This document shows, one piece after another, positions 36,762 through 43,618 of a DNA stretch of 43,618 bases (its first letter is position 1; every line of letters starts with the position of its first letter). A model generated the notes under the pieces. The model did not search any database. It was given only the letters and a program-made list of their open reading frames with translations, and was not told the origin of the DNA. The DNA is from Lachnospiraceae bacterium (GTDB taxonomy: Bacteria > Bacillota > Clostridia > Lachnospirales > Lachnospiraceae). The stretch spans positions 1 through 43,618 of the forward strand of contig JAPFDH010000081.1 of the NCBI GenBank assembly GCA_026169045.1, given 5' to 3'. The position numbers and the translations under genes are program-made.

Positions 36762-38213
36762 ATGATGATCAAAATTATAAAATGCAAGCAATGGCGGGCA
36801 CGAAAGAATACAATAGTACTTCATTATGACAACTGGGATGATTATGGATATAAGACAACATATCGTATTAATTATTATGATAAAGATGGAAATTCTGTTT
36901 GGGAAAGTAGTATTCAAATTTATTGTACAAGATTGGATGAAGACGGTTCCGGAGGAGGCAAGGTAGATGAATATTTACCAAGTGAAATTGCAAAATTGGA
37001 TGATTCATTCTGTTCACTTGGTTGTGACATGAATTTTTATTCGGGATTAAAAAAAGCTTTGCCAAAAGATTATTTGGATATTTTAAACAGATTAAATGAT
37101 TTGGCCTATAATGAAAAACGATGGAATCAATTCAAGAAATATACCGGAGTCCAAAAGTCGCTATTAAGATCTAGTAGTTCAATTAAAGCAAGAGAAGAAG
37201 CATTCGCTATATTAGAAAATAATTTTATTAAAGAAAAAAATCTTTCTTTTTCGTATAGAACTCGTATTCCATATAGTGATATCATAGTTTCATTGAATTT
37301 TTTGTTTAATAAAAAGGCGGATCTTCCACATAGAATCAACGCAATTGTGGGAAAAAACGGAACGGGTAAAACACATATTCTTAATAATTTAGCAGAAGAT
37401 TTGAGCGGTTTCAAACTTGAAGAATTTGATGATAATGCATTTGAAAGAGGGAAAAGGCCATCTTTTGATAAAGTGATTTCTGTATCTTACAGTGCATTCG
37501 ATCCATTTAAGAAATTGAAAGGCCAAAATTCATTGAATAGTTATGTTTATTGTGGAATACAATCAGAAAAAGGCACATTGAAACTTAACGAGATACAAGA
37601 TAATTTTTGGAAGTCTTTAGAAACTATAAAGAAAAGGGATAGATACGAACAGTGGAAAAGAATAATTACAGAGTTATTTGCTGAAGAGAATTATAATATA
37701 ACTTCACAAATTGATGAATCTAGAATGAGAGATATTAATTGGAGCTCTGGACAAAATGTATTAATATCGTCTATGACAGAGGTTGTTGCAAAAATTGATA
37801 AGGAATCAATTATTCTATTTGATGAACCAGAACTACATCTTCATCCAAATGCTATAGCGAATGTTATGCGAATGTTTAATAAAATTCTTGAAGAATTTAA
37901 TTCATACGCAATTATAGCGACACACTCGCCGATTATTTTGCAAGAGATTCCTTCTAATAATATTATTGTATTAGAAAGAATTGATAACCAGCCCTTTGTC
38001 AGGAGACCTGAAATCGAGTGCTTCGGCGAAAACATTTCGCTCATTACTAGAGATATTTTTGATGTAACTAGTAAGGAAAGTTATTATCAAGCCTTTTTTT
38101 TAAAAATGAAGGAAACTGGAAAAACAAAAGAACAAATAGAAAAATTGTTTGAGTATAATTTGGGATTAAATGCACTTATTTATCTGGAAACATTATACAA
38201 GCAGGAGAAATGA
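36762..38213 (+). CDS. ptuA: Septu PtuA-like ABC-type (AAA_15/21) ATPase
   Basis: Walker A IVGKNGTGKTH. Walker B/D-loop ILFDEPELHLHPN (DEPExHLHP signature of OLD/PtuA/GajA-class ATPases). Final TGA overlaps the ATG of the next gene. Confidence 0.55.
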   Translation: MMIKIIKCKQWRARKNTIVLHYDNWDDYGYKTTYRINYYDKDGNSVWESSIQIYCTRLDEDGSGGGKVDEYLPSEIAKLDDSFCSLGCDMNFYSGLKKALPKDYLDILNRLNDLAYNEKRWNQFKKYTGVQKSLLRSSSSIKAREEAFAILENNFIKEKNLSFSYRTRIPYSDIIVSLNFLFNKKADLPHRINAIVGKNGTGKTHILNNLAEDLSGFKLEEFDDNAFERGKRPSFDKVISVSYSAFDPFKKLKGQNSLNSYVYCGIQSEKGTLKLNEIQDNFWKSLETIKKRDRYEQWKRIITELFAEENYNITSQIDESRMRDINWSSGQNVLISSMTEVVAKIDKESIILFDEPELHLHPNAIANVMRMFNKILEEFNSYAIIATHSPIILQEIPSNNIIVLERIDNQPFVRRPEIECFGENISLITRDIFDVTSKESYYQAFFLKMKETGKTKEQIEKLFEYNLGLNALIYLETLYKQEK

Positions 38214-38951
38214 ATGATTAATTACATAGAAAACACAGAAATAAATGATGAAGGTGTATTCAAAGACATAATAAAATATAAGCACGAACCTGGAAAAACA
38301 AAATTAAAAGATTGTAAAAAAGAAATTTTTGAAGATTATTTAATTTATAAACAAAATTCCTGTGCCCTTCAGAAAGTTATACCTGATATTCGTATACCTG
38401 ATGAATCTAAAAAAGAACTGATTAAAACATATAACAGTAATCCAAGTGCTTTGCAAAAATCTAAGTTGATGATAAAGAAAAATTTATCTAACATATTGAG
38501 AGCAAAATGTCCCTATTGTTTAATTTCTGCGCATAGCACATTTGATCACTATTTGGACAAGTCTAAGTATCCAGAATATGCATTGTTTTCAAGCAATCTT
38601 ATTCCATCATGTGCGGAGTGCAATTCTTTGAAAAGTGATTTTTTATGTGATAGTAAAGGCAATAGATTATTTATTAATTTTATTTTTGATGAGCTTCCTG
38701 CTTATCCGTTTTTAAAGTATATTCTTTCTATAGAAGGAGAGAAAATTGTACTTAAGAAAGTATATCTAGATTTTGATGATAATGAACCTAAAAAACAAAT
38801 AATCAAAAATCATTTTAAAAAATTAAAGTTAATTCCTCGACTTGAAGACCAATTTGATGTTGCTATATCCACGATTATAGAAGAATTTCATGAATATAAC
38901 TATAGTACTCGAGAGGTAAAGGAAGTCTTGACAAAAAAAATGAGGGCTTAG
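38214..38951 (+). CDS. ptuB: Septu PtuB-like HNH endonuclease
   Basis: His-Me finger / HNH: CPYCLISAHSTFDHYLDKSKYPEYALFSSNLIPSCAECNSLKSD (CxxC...DH...N...CxxCN). Confidence 0.55.
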   Translation: MINYIENTEINDEGVFKDIIKYKHEPGKTKLKDCKKEIFEDYLIYKQNSCALQKVIPDIRIPDESKKELIKTYNSNPSALQKSKLMIKKNLSNILRAKCPYCLISAHSTFDHYLDKSKYPEYALFSSNLIPSCAECNSLKSDFLCDSKGNRLFINFIFDELPAYPFLKYILSIEGEKIVLKKVYLDFDDNEPKKQIIKNHFKKLKLIPRLEDQFDVAISTIIEEFHEYNYSTREVKEVLTKKMRA

Positions 38952-39354
38952 GAGAAGACACGAGGAATTAATAATTGGGAAACTTGTATCTTGCGAGCTA
39001 TCATTCAGAATAATGAAGTGTTACAGTATTTGAGCAAAAATGAAAAATAGATAAATCGAAATATTAGTAAATATAATGGGAATGTAATATCATAAATTAA
39101 AAGGATTTAAAAACCTCTGAAATGCCTATAAGAAATGGTGTTCCAGGGGTTTTTGTGTCCTTGGATAAGCACGCAAAGTATCGTAAATTACCAAATTTTA
39201 TGTATTAGTTTAGAGAATAGCTTGATTTTCAATTACCTGATTTTTTGATCCAGACTACGATATAAATGCCATATTTTGGATACTTTTTGCGGGAACGATT
39301 ATGAAATTGGAGATGCTATGATTAATTGGTAAAACACAAGAAGGAGGTATTAAC

Positions 39355-40521
39355 ATGGCATCAATCGTTCAACGTAACAAAAGCTTTAGCGTAGTTTACA
39401 ATATTTACGATGGAGACAAGAAAAAACAAAAGTGGGAGACCTATCATTCTTATAAAGAGGCTCTACATCGAAAAGAGCAAGTAGAGATCATTTATCAGAA
39501 GAAACAGCTGAAATATCGTTCAGGAACTCTGGCACAGTTTTTGAATGAATATGTGGAACTATATGGGCACGTTCATTGGGCTTGCTCCACCTATAGCAGC
39601 AATACAGCGCTGATTCGGAATTATATTATTCCGTTCTTTGGAACCATGCAACTTCATGAGTTTAGTCCCAAAGTGATTGCAGTAATCTATAGTCAACTAC
39701 AAAGAAATCCGAAAATCACGCCACAGCTTATGAATAATATTCATAAACTATTACATAGTGCATTTGAACAAGCTGTACTATGGGAATATCTAGATTACAA
39801 TCCTTTCAAAAAAGCCAATCTTCCGAAAATATATTCGCAGGGGATTGCAATGCTGTCCTTGGATCAGATTAGAATACTATTGCAAAATTGCACGGAGCCG
39901 ACGCTAACGTTAGCTGTTCACTTAGCTTTTTCGGGTTCTTTACGAAAGGGAGAAATTTTAGCTCTTACTTGGATTGACATAGACTTCGATAAGGGGACGG
40001 TGTCGGTCAGCAAATCCTTGAAGCGTATCCGAAAGGATGCTGTCCAGGTGCTAAACGGTAAAGACATTCTTTATCAATTTCCGGCTATATTTGATGAAGG
40101 GCGTACCGTTGTTGTATTGAAACGGCCAAAAACTCATGCCAGTGTCCGGACGGTGTATTTACCGGAATATGTAATGAATCTGCTTTGGAACGTAAAGAAA
40201 GAACAAAGAGCTTTAAAAAGAGGAATACCGGAGCTTGTTTTACGTTATGGAAATGGAAGACCTCTTCAAGAAGAAACGCTTCCTCGTTTGTTGGAAAAAC
40301 AGCTGCTAGCGCTTGGGCTTCCCAAAGTTACTTTCCATAGCTTGCGTCACAGTAGTATAACATATAAATTAATACTTACTGGTGGAAACATCAAAGCAGT
40401 TCAAGGTGATTCTGGTCACGCACAGGCGGAGATGATCACAGAACGTTATGGTCATATTATTGATTCTTGCCGCAAGCAGTGTTCAAAAGATTTTGAAGAA
40501 GACTTTTATAAGAGCCTGTAA
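39355..40521 (+). CDS. Tyrosine-type site-specific recombinase/integrase with AP2-like N-terminal arm-binding domain
   Basis: N-terminus KSFSVVYNIYDGDKKKQKWETYHSYKEA (Arm-DNA-binding-like). C-terminal catalytic residues HSLRHSSIT...ERYGHI (R..H..R..Y). SD AAGGAGG. Confidence 0.8.
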   Translation: MASIVQRNKSFSVVYNIYDGDKKKQKWETYHSYKEALHRKEQVEIIYQKKQLKYRSGTLAQFLNEYVELYGHVHWACSTYSSNTALIRNYIIPFFGTMQLHEFSPKVIAVIYSQLQRNPKITPQLMNNIHKLLHSAFEQAVLWEYLDYNPFKKANLPKIYSQGIAMLSLDQIRILLQNCTEPTLTLAVHLAFSGSLRKGEILALTWIDIDFDKGTVSVSKSLKRIRKDAVQVLNGKDILYQFPAIFDEGRTVVVLKRPKTHASVRTVYLPEYVMNLLWNVKKEQRALKRGIPELVLRYGNGRPLQEETLPRLLEKQLLALGLPKVTFHSLRHSSITYKLILTGGNIKAVQGDSGHAQAEMITERYGHIIDSCRKQCSKDFEEDFYKSL

Positions 40522-40525
40522 AATG

Positions 40526-40555
40526 AGTCGTCTGATGAAAATCAGGCGACTTTTT
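40526..40555 (+). terminator. Rho-independent terminator after integrase 1
   Basis: AGTCGTCTGA...TCAGGCGACT plus TTTTT. Confidence 0.7.
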
Positions 40556-40834
40556 ACAGTAGGATGGAACATCTCCCTCCTAAGGATATGGAGTATCGTT
40601 TGAATTTAGTCCAGTTAGCAAAACAGGAGGTAAAAGTTTGAAACAAATAAGTAGAGGACTTTGGAAGAGATAAGTTTACGGGATACGTTATGCGCCACTC
40701 ACATCCACGTGTCTTGTAGTGTGTCAGTCTAATTAAAGAAATCATATCAGAAGGCAATAGGAATAGAAACGCGAAAGTAGCACAACGGCTTTCATGACGC
40801 ATTTGTGCCTTTCGCAGAAAGGCGGAAAATAAAT

Positions 40835-41623
40835 ATGATAAAATTCACTAAACTTCATGATTTGGCTGCATATTTGAAGCAAGCAGCCGGCACATATCTT
40901 CAGTATGATTATGAATTTCTATATCAGGAACTCCGTGCAAGATATGAACAACAGGTTATGGAGGCATTTTGGGAAAAACATCCGGGATGGAGTATCGTAA
41001 CAGACGATGCTGCCTGCTATATGTATTTATTTCGAAACTGGTCGTTAAGTAAAGAAGCAACCCAAAATGCCCGCCAGTTTATAGATCTTGCAAAAGATCT
41101 TTTTGAAAATTATGTAGAGTGTAGAGAATTATTCTTTACCACAAATATGGTGGAGAATGTTATGCGAGTTGTTGAACAGGTATATGATTTTTCAAAATAT
41201 GTTCTGAAAAATAGGCATATGTTTATTTTCTTGTTTCCATCAAAATATCGGTATGAAGATTCATTTTGCCGTTGCTTTAAAGGAAAAAATGATATGAATT
41301 ATGCAGACATTTATATACTGACTCCAAAGAAAGATAATCAAGCTACTCCGCAAAGCATTCTACTACATGAGCTAGGACATATGGTTAATTTGGTGTTGAC
41401 TGGTGATGTAGGTAAACTACCGGAAGATTTTGCGGTAATTACATCATTATTAAATCTGAACTTTAATAAAAATGACCAAAATGAATTCTTTGCTCACTGT
41501 TTTGCCATGAGTTTACTAAGTGAAACGGAGCTTGTTCCATTTGACCCGTTCCCTATGGTGCCCCAAACACATAAAATCCTATTTCGTTTCTATTTCACAT
41601 ATAAAATCAACAATCTTAAGTGA
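40835..41623 (+). CDS. Hypothetical protein with HExxH motif (putative zinc metallopeptidase; ImmA/IrrE-like motif HELGH)
   Basis: LLHELGHMVNL. Start ATG 40835 preferred over GTG 40805. A hairpin GCCTTTC-GCAG-GAAAGGC overlaps the weak SD. Confidence 0.5.
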   Translation: MIKFTKLHDLAAYLKQAAGTYLQYDYEFLYQELRARYEQQVMEAFWEKHPGWSIVTDDAACYMYLFRNWSLSKEATQNARQFIDLAKDLFENYVECRELFFTTNMVENVMRVVEQVYDFSKYVLKNRHMFIFLFPSKYRYEDSFCRCFKGKNDMNYADIYILTPKKDNQATPQSILLHELGHMVNLVLTGDVGKLPEDFAVITSLLNLNFNKNDQNEFFAHCFAMSLLSETELVPFDPFPMVPQTHKILFRFYFTYKINNLK

Positions 41624-41717
41624 CTTGCCAAAGAAAGCAGGTCACTTTTCTTTTGAAGACGGACAGGCAAAAAAACAGAATTTCGGTACATACGACAAAA
41701 AAAGGAGGTAATTGCCT

Positions 41718-41951
41718 GTGATAAAAGAAAGAGAAGTTGTTCATACAGATAAATACGAGATTCCGGTGTGGCGGAAGTATACCTTAAGTGTACAGGAAGC
41801 GGCCAAATATTTTCGTATTGGAGATAAAAAACTGAAAAAACTGATCGATGAAAATCCGAATGCCGAGTTCATTCTCTGGAATGGATCACGTCCTCAGATT
41901 AAGCGGAAATTGTTTGAGCAGTTTATTGACGAAAAATTATCTGCCATATAA
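41718..41951 (+). CDS. xis: Excisionase, Xis-Tn916 family
   Basis: IPVWRKYTLSVQEAAKYFRIGDKKLKKLIDENPNAEFILWNGSRPQIKRKLFEQFID closely parallels Tn916 Xis ([28 protein letters not shown]...IQIKRKQFEKIID). GTG start after AAAGGAGGT. Confidence 0.8.
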   Translation: MIKEREVVHTDKYEIPVWRKYTLSVQEAAKYFRIGDKKLKKLIDENPNAEFILWNGSRPQIKRKLFEQFIDEKLSAI

Positions 41952-42055
41952 ACGAAAAAAGTACACGATGGATTCAGAGCCGGGTTTATGGTATGATAGA
42001 TGCGTATCATAGCTTGGCTCTTTTCTATGGCAGGCAGATAGAAAGGAGAAATGGA

Positions 42056-43297
42056 ATGTCAGAAGTAAGAAGGGACCATAAAGGCCGGAAATTACTTATG
42101 GGAGAGAGTCAGCGGAAAGACGGGAAATATGAATACAAGTATCAGGATGCACGTGGCAAAAGAAAGACGGTGTACAGTTGGAGACTGACTCCTTCAGACC
42201 GGATGCCGGCAGGAAAACGTAATGATATTTCCTTAAGAGAAAAAGAAAAACAGATTCAGAAGGATTTAAACAGCAATATCATACCGGATGGCGGTGATTA
42301 TACAGTCTTGGATCTTGTAGAAAAGTATATCCGGACGAAGACAGGCGTTCGCCATAATACTAAAGCAAATTATAAGTTTGTGATTAATGTGATCAAGAAA
42401 GAGGCATTTGGTCAGAAGCGTATCGATAAAGTCAAAGTATCGGACGCGAAAGAGTGGCTGATTAAAATGCAGCAGATGGACGGGCGTGGCTACAGTTCCA
42501 TACATACGATCCGAGGCGTTGTAAGACCGGCTTTTCAGATGGCGGTGGATGATGATTTACTGATAAAGAATCCTTTTGAGTTTCAGCTTAATACGGTTGT
42601 CGTGAATGACAGTGTCACAAGAAATGCTCTGACACCAAAGCAGGAAAGAGACTTTTTAGAGTTTGTAAAGAATGATAAGCATTTCAGCAAATATTATGAT
42701 GGAATTTATATTCTGTTTAAAACCGGGCTCCGTATTTCAGAATTTGTTGGGTTAACAAAGAAAAATCTGGATTTTGAGAACAACAGGATTATTGTGGATC
42801 ATCAGTTGCAAAGGACAAGAGACATGAGGTATCTCATTGAGGATACCAAAACAGAAAGCGGTATGCGAATGGTTCCTATGACACCGGAAGTCAAGGAGTG
42901 TTTTCAGAACATTCTTGCCAACAGAAAGAAACCAAGGATTGAGCCGATGGTCGATGGGTATAGCGGATTTCTGTATCTGGACAAAAATGGGAAGCCTATG
43001 GTGGCGTTGCACTGGGAAAAGTATTTCCAGCATATTCGTGAGAAGTACAACAAAATGTACAGAGTACAGATGCCGCTTGTTACGCCACATGTTTGTAGGC
43101 ATACCTTTTGCAGCAATATGGCCAAGTCAGGAATGAATCCAAAGACGCTGCAATACATTATGGGGCATAGTGATATTTCGGTAACACTGAATGTTTATAC
43201 ACATGTAGGATTTGAAGATGCGGAGAAAGAAATGCAAAGATTAACAGATACAAAGTCTGAGAAGTCTACGGCGTACCGTAAAATATCTGTGTCGTAA
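42056..43297 (+). CDS. int: Tyrosine integrase, Int-Tn916 family
   Basis: N-terminus MSEVRRDHKGRKLLMGESQRKDGKYEYKY (Tn916 Int MSEKRRDNRGRILKTGESQRKDGRY...). Catalytic C-terminus HVCRHTFCSN...LQYIMGHSDISVTLNVYTHV. Start ATG 42056 after AAAGGAG; the track ORF starts earlier without an SD. Confidence 0.85.
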   Translation: MSEVRRDHKGRKLLMGESQRKDGKYEYKYQDARGKRKTVYSWRLTPSDRMPAGKRNDISLREKEKQIQKDLNSNIIPDGGDYTVLDLVEKYIRTKTGVRHNTKANYKFVINVIKKEAFGQKRIDKVKVSDAKEWLIKMQQMDGRGYSSIHTIRGVVRPAFQMAVDDDLLIKNPFEFQLNTVVVNDSVTRNALTPKQERDFLEFVKNDKHFSKYYDGIYILFKTGLRISEFVGLTKKNLDFENNRIIVDHQLQRTRDMRYLIEDTKTESGMRMVPMTPEVKECFQNILANRKKPRIEPMVDGYSGFLYLDKNGKPMVALHWEKYFQHIREKYNKMYRVQMPLVTPHVCRHTFCSNMAKSGMNPKTLQYIMGHSDISVTLNVYTHVGFEDAEKEMQRLTDTKSEKSTAYRKISVS

Positions 43298-43307
43298 ATC
43301 TTTTGAA

Positions 43308-43328
43308 TTTACGACAGAATTTACGACA
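43308..43328 (+). repeat. Arm-type direct repeats (GAATTTACGACA x2), right arm, 11 nt after the int stop
   Basis: Perfect tandem 12-mer repeat seen in the sequence. Confidence 0.55.
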
Positions 43329-43618
43329 GATGATGGCTAAAATAAGCAGATTTATGCGAAGTTATACTGTTATAAGATGAAAATGCCTCTGCCGCGGAAA
43401 TGCCGGAAAGTGGCGTAAAATCAAGGGAAATCAGCATTTTAAAGGAGTTTAAGAGATATGATAAAAGTTTTGTTCGTGTGCCACGGCACTCTTTGAAGAA
43501 CTCCTTAAAAAGTCAGTAAAATCAATACTTGGAAGGTATTTGTGTGGAAGAAATAACCCGAAAATAACCCATAGATTTTTGTGTGAGTGTTACAAGATAA
43601 ATAATTATAATTTAGGGA

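Larger units (their letters stand above)
35142..43525 (+). mobile_element. About 8.4 kb Tn916-family (Xis-Tn/Int-Tn-like) integrative element / defence island without conjugation genes. Bounded by repeated about 90-bp att-like units and arm-type repeats
   Basis: xis-int pair at the right end transcribed outward. Imperfect direct repeats 35142-35255 vs 43415-43525 (TAAAATCAAGG core copies, AAGGAGTTT...GATATGATAAAA...TGTGTGCCACGGCA). TTTACGACA arm repeats inside both ends. AT-rich cargo. Confidence 0.6.

Noticed and set aside
40554-40802. Minus-strand ORF 40554..40802 (82 aa) between integrase 1 and the HExxH gene
   Set aside because: No SD. It overlaps the + strand terminator. No domain is recognisable.
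40835-41623. Calling the HExxH protein an ImmA/IrrE anti-repressor protease controlling xis-int
   Set aside because: The HELGH motif matches, but it lies near residue 190 of about 262. No adjacent ImmR-like HTH repressor gene is present. This is kept as an unassigned HExxH protein.
41520-41711. ORF 41520..41711 (63 aa) overlapping the 3' end of the HExxH gene
   Set aside because: It is out of frame with the supported gene and lacks an SD (GTG start). Its end merely supplies the AAAGGAGG SD of xis.
1-43618. CRISPR arrays, rRNA, canonical tRNA genes
   Set aside because: No regularly spaced direct repeats and no rRNA-like or cloverleaf tRNA sequences were seen on reading the window.

Overview
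This is a low-GC Firmicutes (Clostridia/Lachnospiraceae-like) chromosomal segment. All but two real genes are on the + strand, and all carry Shine-Dalgarno sites. (1) Positions 0.3-12.9 kb hold a fucosylated-glycan utilisation operon: a membrane-anchored AraC-type regulator, an LplABC-type sugar ABC transporter, two GH29 alpha-L-fucosidases, a two-domain esterase (alpha/beta-hydrolase plus SASA/SGNH) and a URO-D-family protein, closed by a strong terminator. (2) Positions 13-26.4 kb are miscellaneous small genes: DUF1653, a YjbR/MmcQ-like fusion, two metallophosphoesterases, a flotillin, a NifX-like::FKBP(SlyD-like) fusion with a His/Cys-rich linker, a SAM methyltransferase, a PNPOx-family protein, DUF3784, a secreted/anchored 474-aa protein, two rhodaneses, a YgjP metallohydrolase, a histidine phosphatase and a macro domain. 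(3) Positions 26.5-34.6 kb are AT-rich and hold the most interesting module. It has a CPBP intramembrane protease, a translationally coupled pair of WYL-domain regulators, and two tandem stem-closed structured RNAs, the second of which carries a perfect tRNA T-loop (GGTTCGAATCC). These RNAs sit directly upstream of a Ro60-like (TROVE/DUF2828-like N-terminus plus vWA with MIDAS) protein and an RtcB RNA ligase. This looks like an Rsr/Y-RNA/RtcB-type RNA-repair or RNA-surveillance cassette, but it is governed by WYL regulators rather than the CARF-sigma54 regulator RtcR. Next to it is a divergent pair of paralogous small membrane proteins flanking a zinc-ribbon membrane protein. (4) Positions 34.85-43.5 kb are an integration hotspot. 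It begins with a 3' remnant of an older integrase. It then holds an ~8.4 kb Tn916-family (Xis-Tn/Int-Tn-like) integrative element carrying DUF2971, a Septu-like ATPase+HNH pair, a second tyrosine recombinase and an HExxH protein. The element is bounded by repeated ~90-bp units (TAAAATCAAGG core repeats, truncated MIK[I/V]LFVCHG mini-ORFs) and TTTACGACA arm-type repeats. No rRNA, canonical tRNA or CRISPR array was seen. Coordinates derived by hand from the sequence may be off by 1-3 nt.
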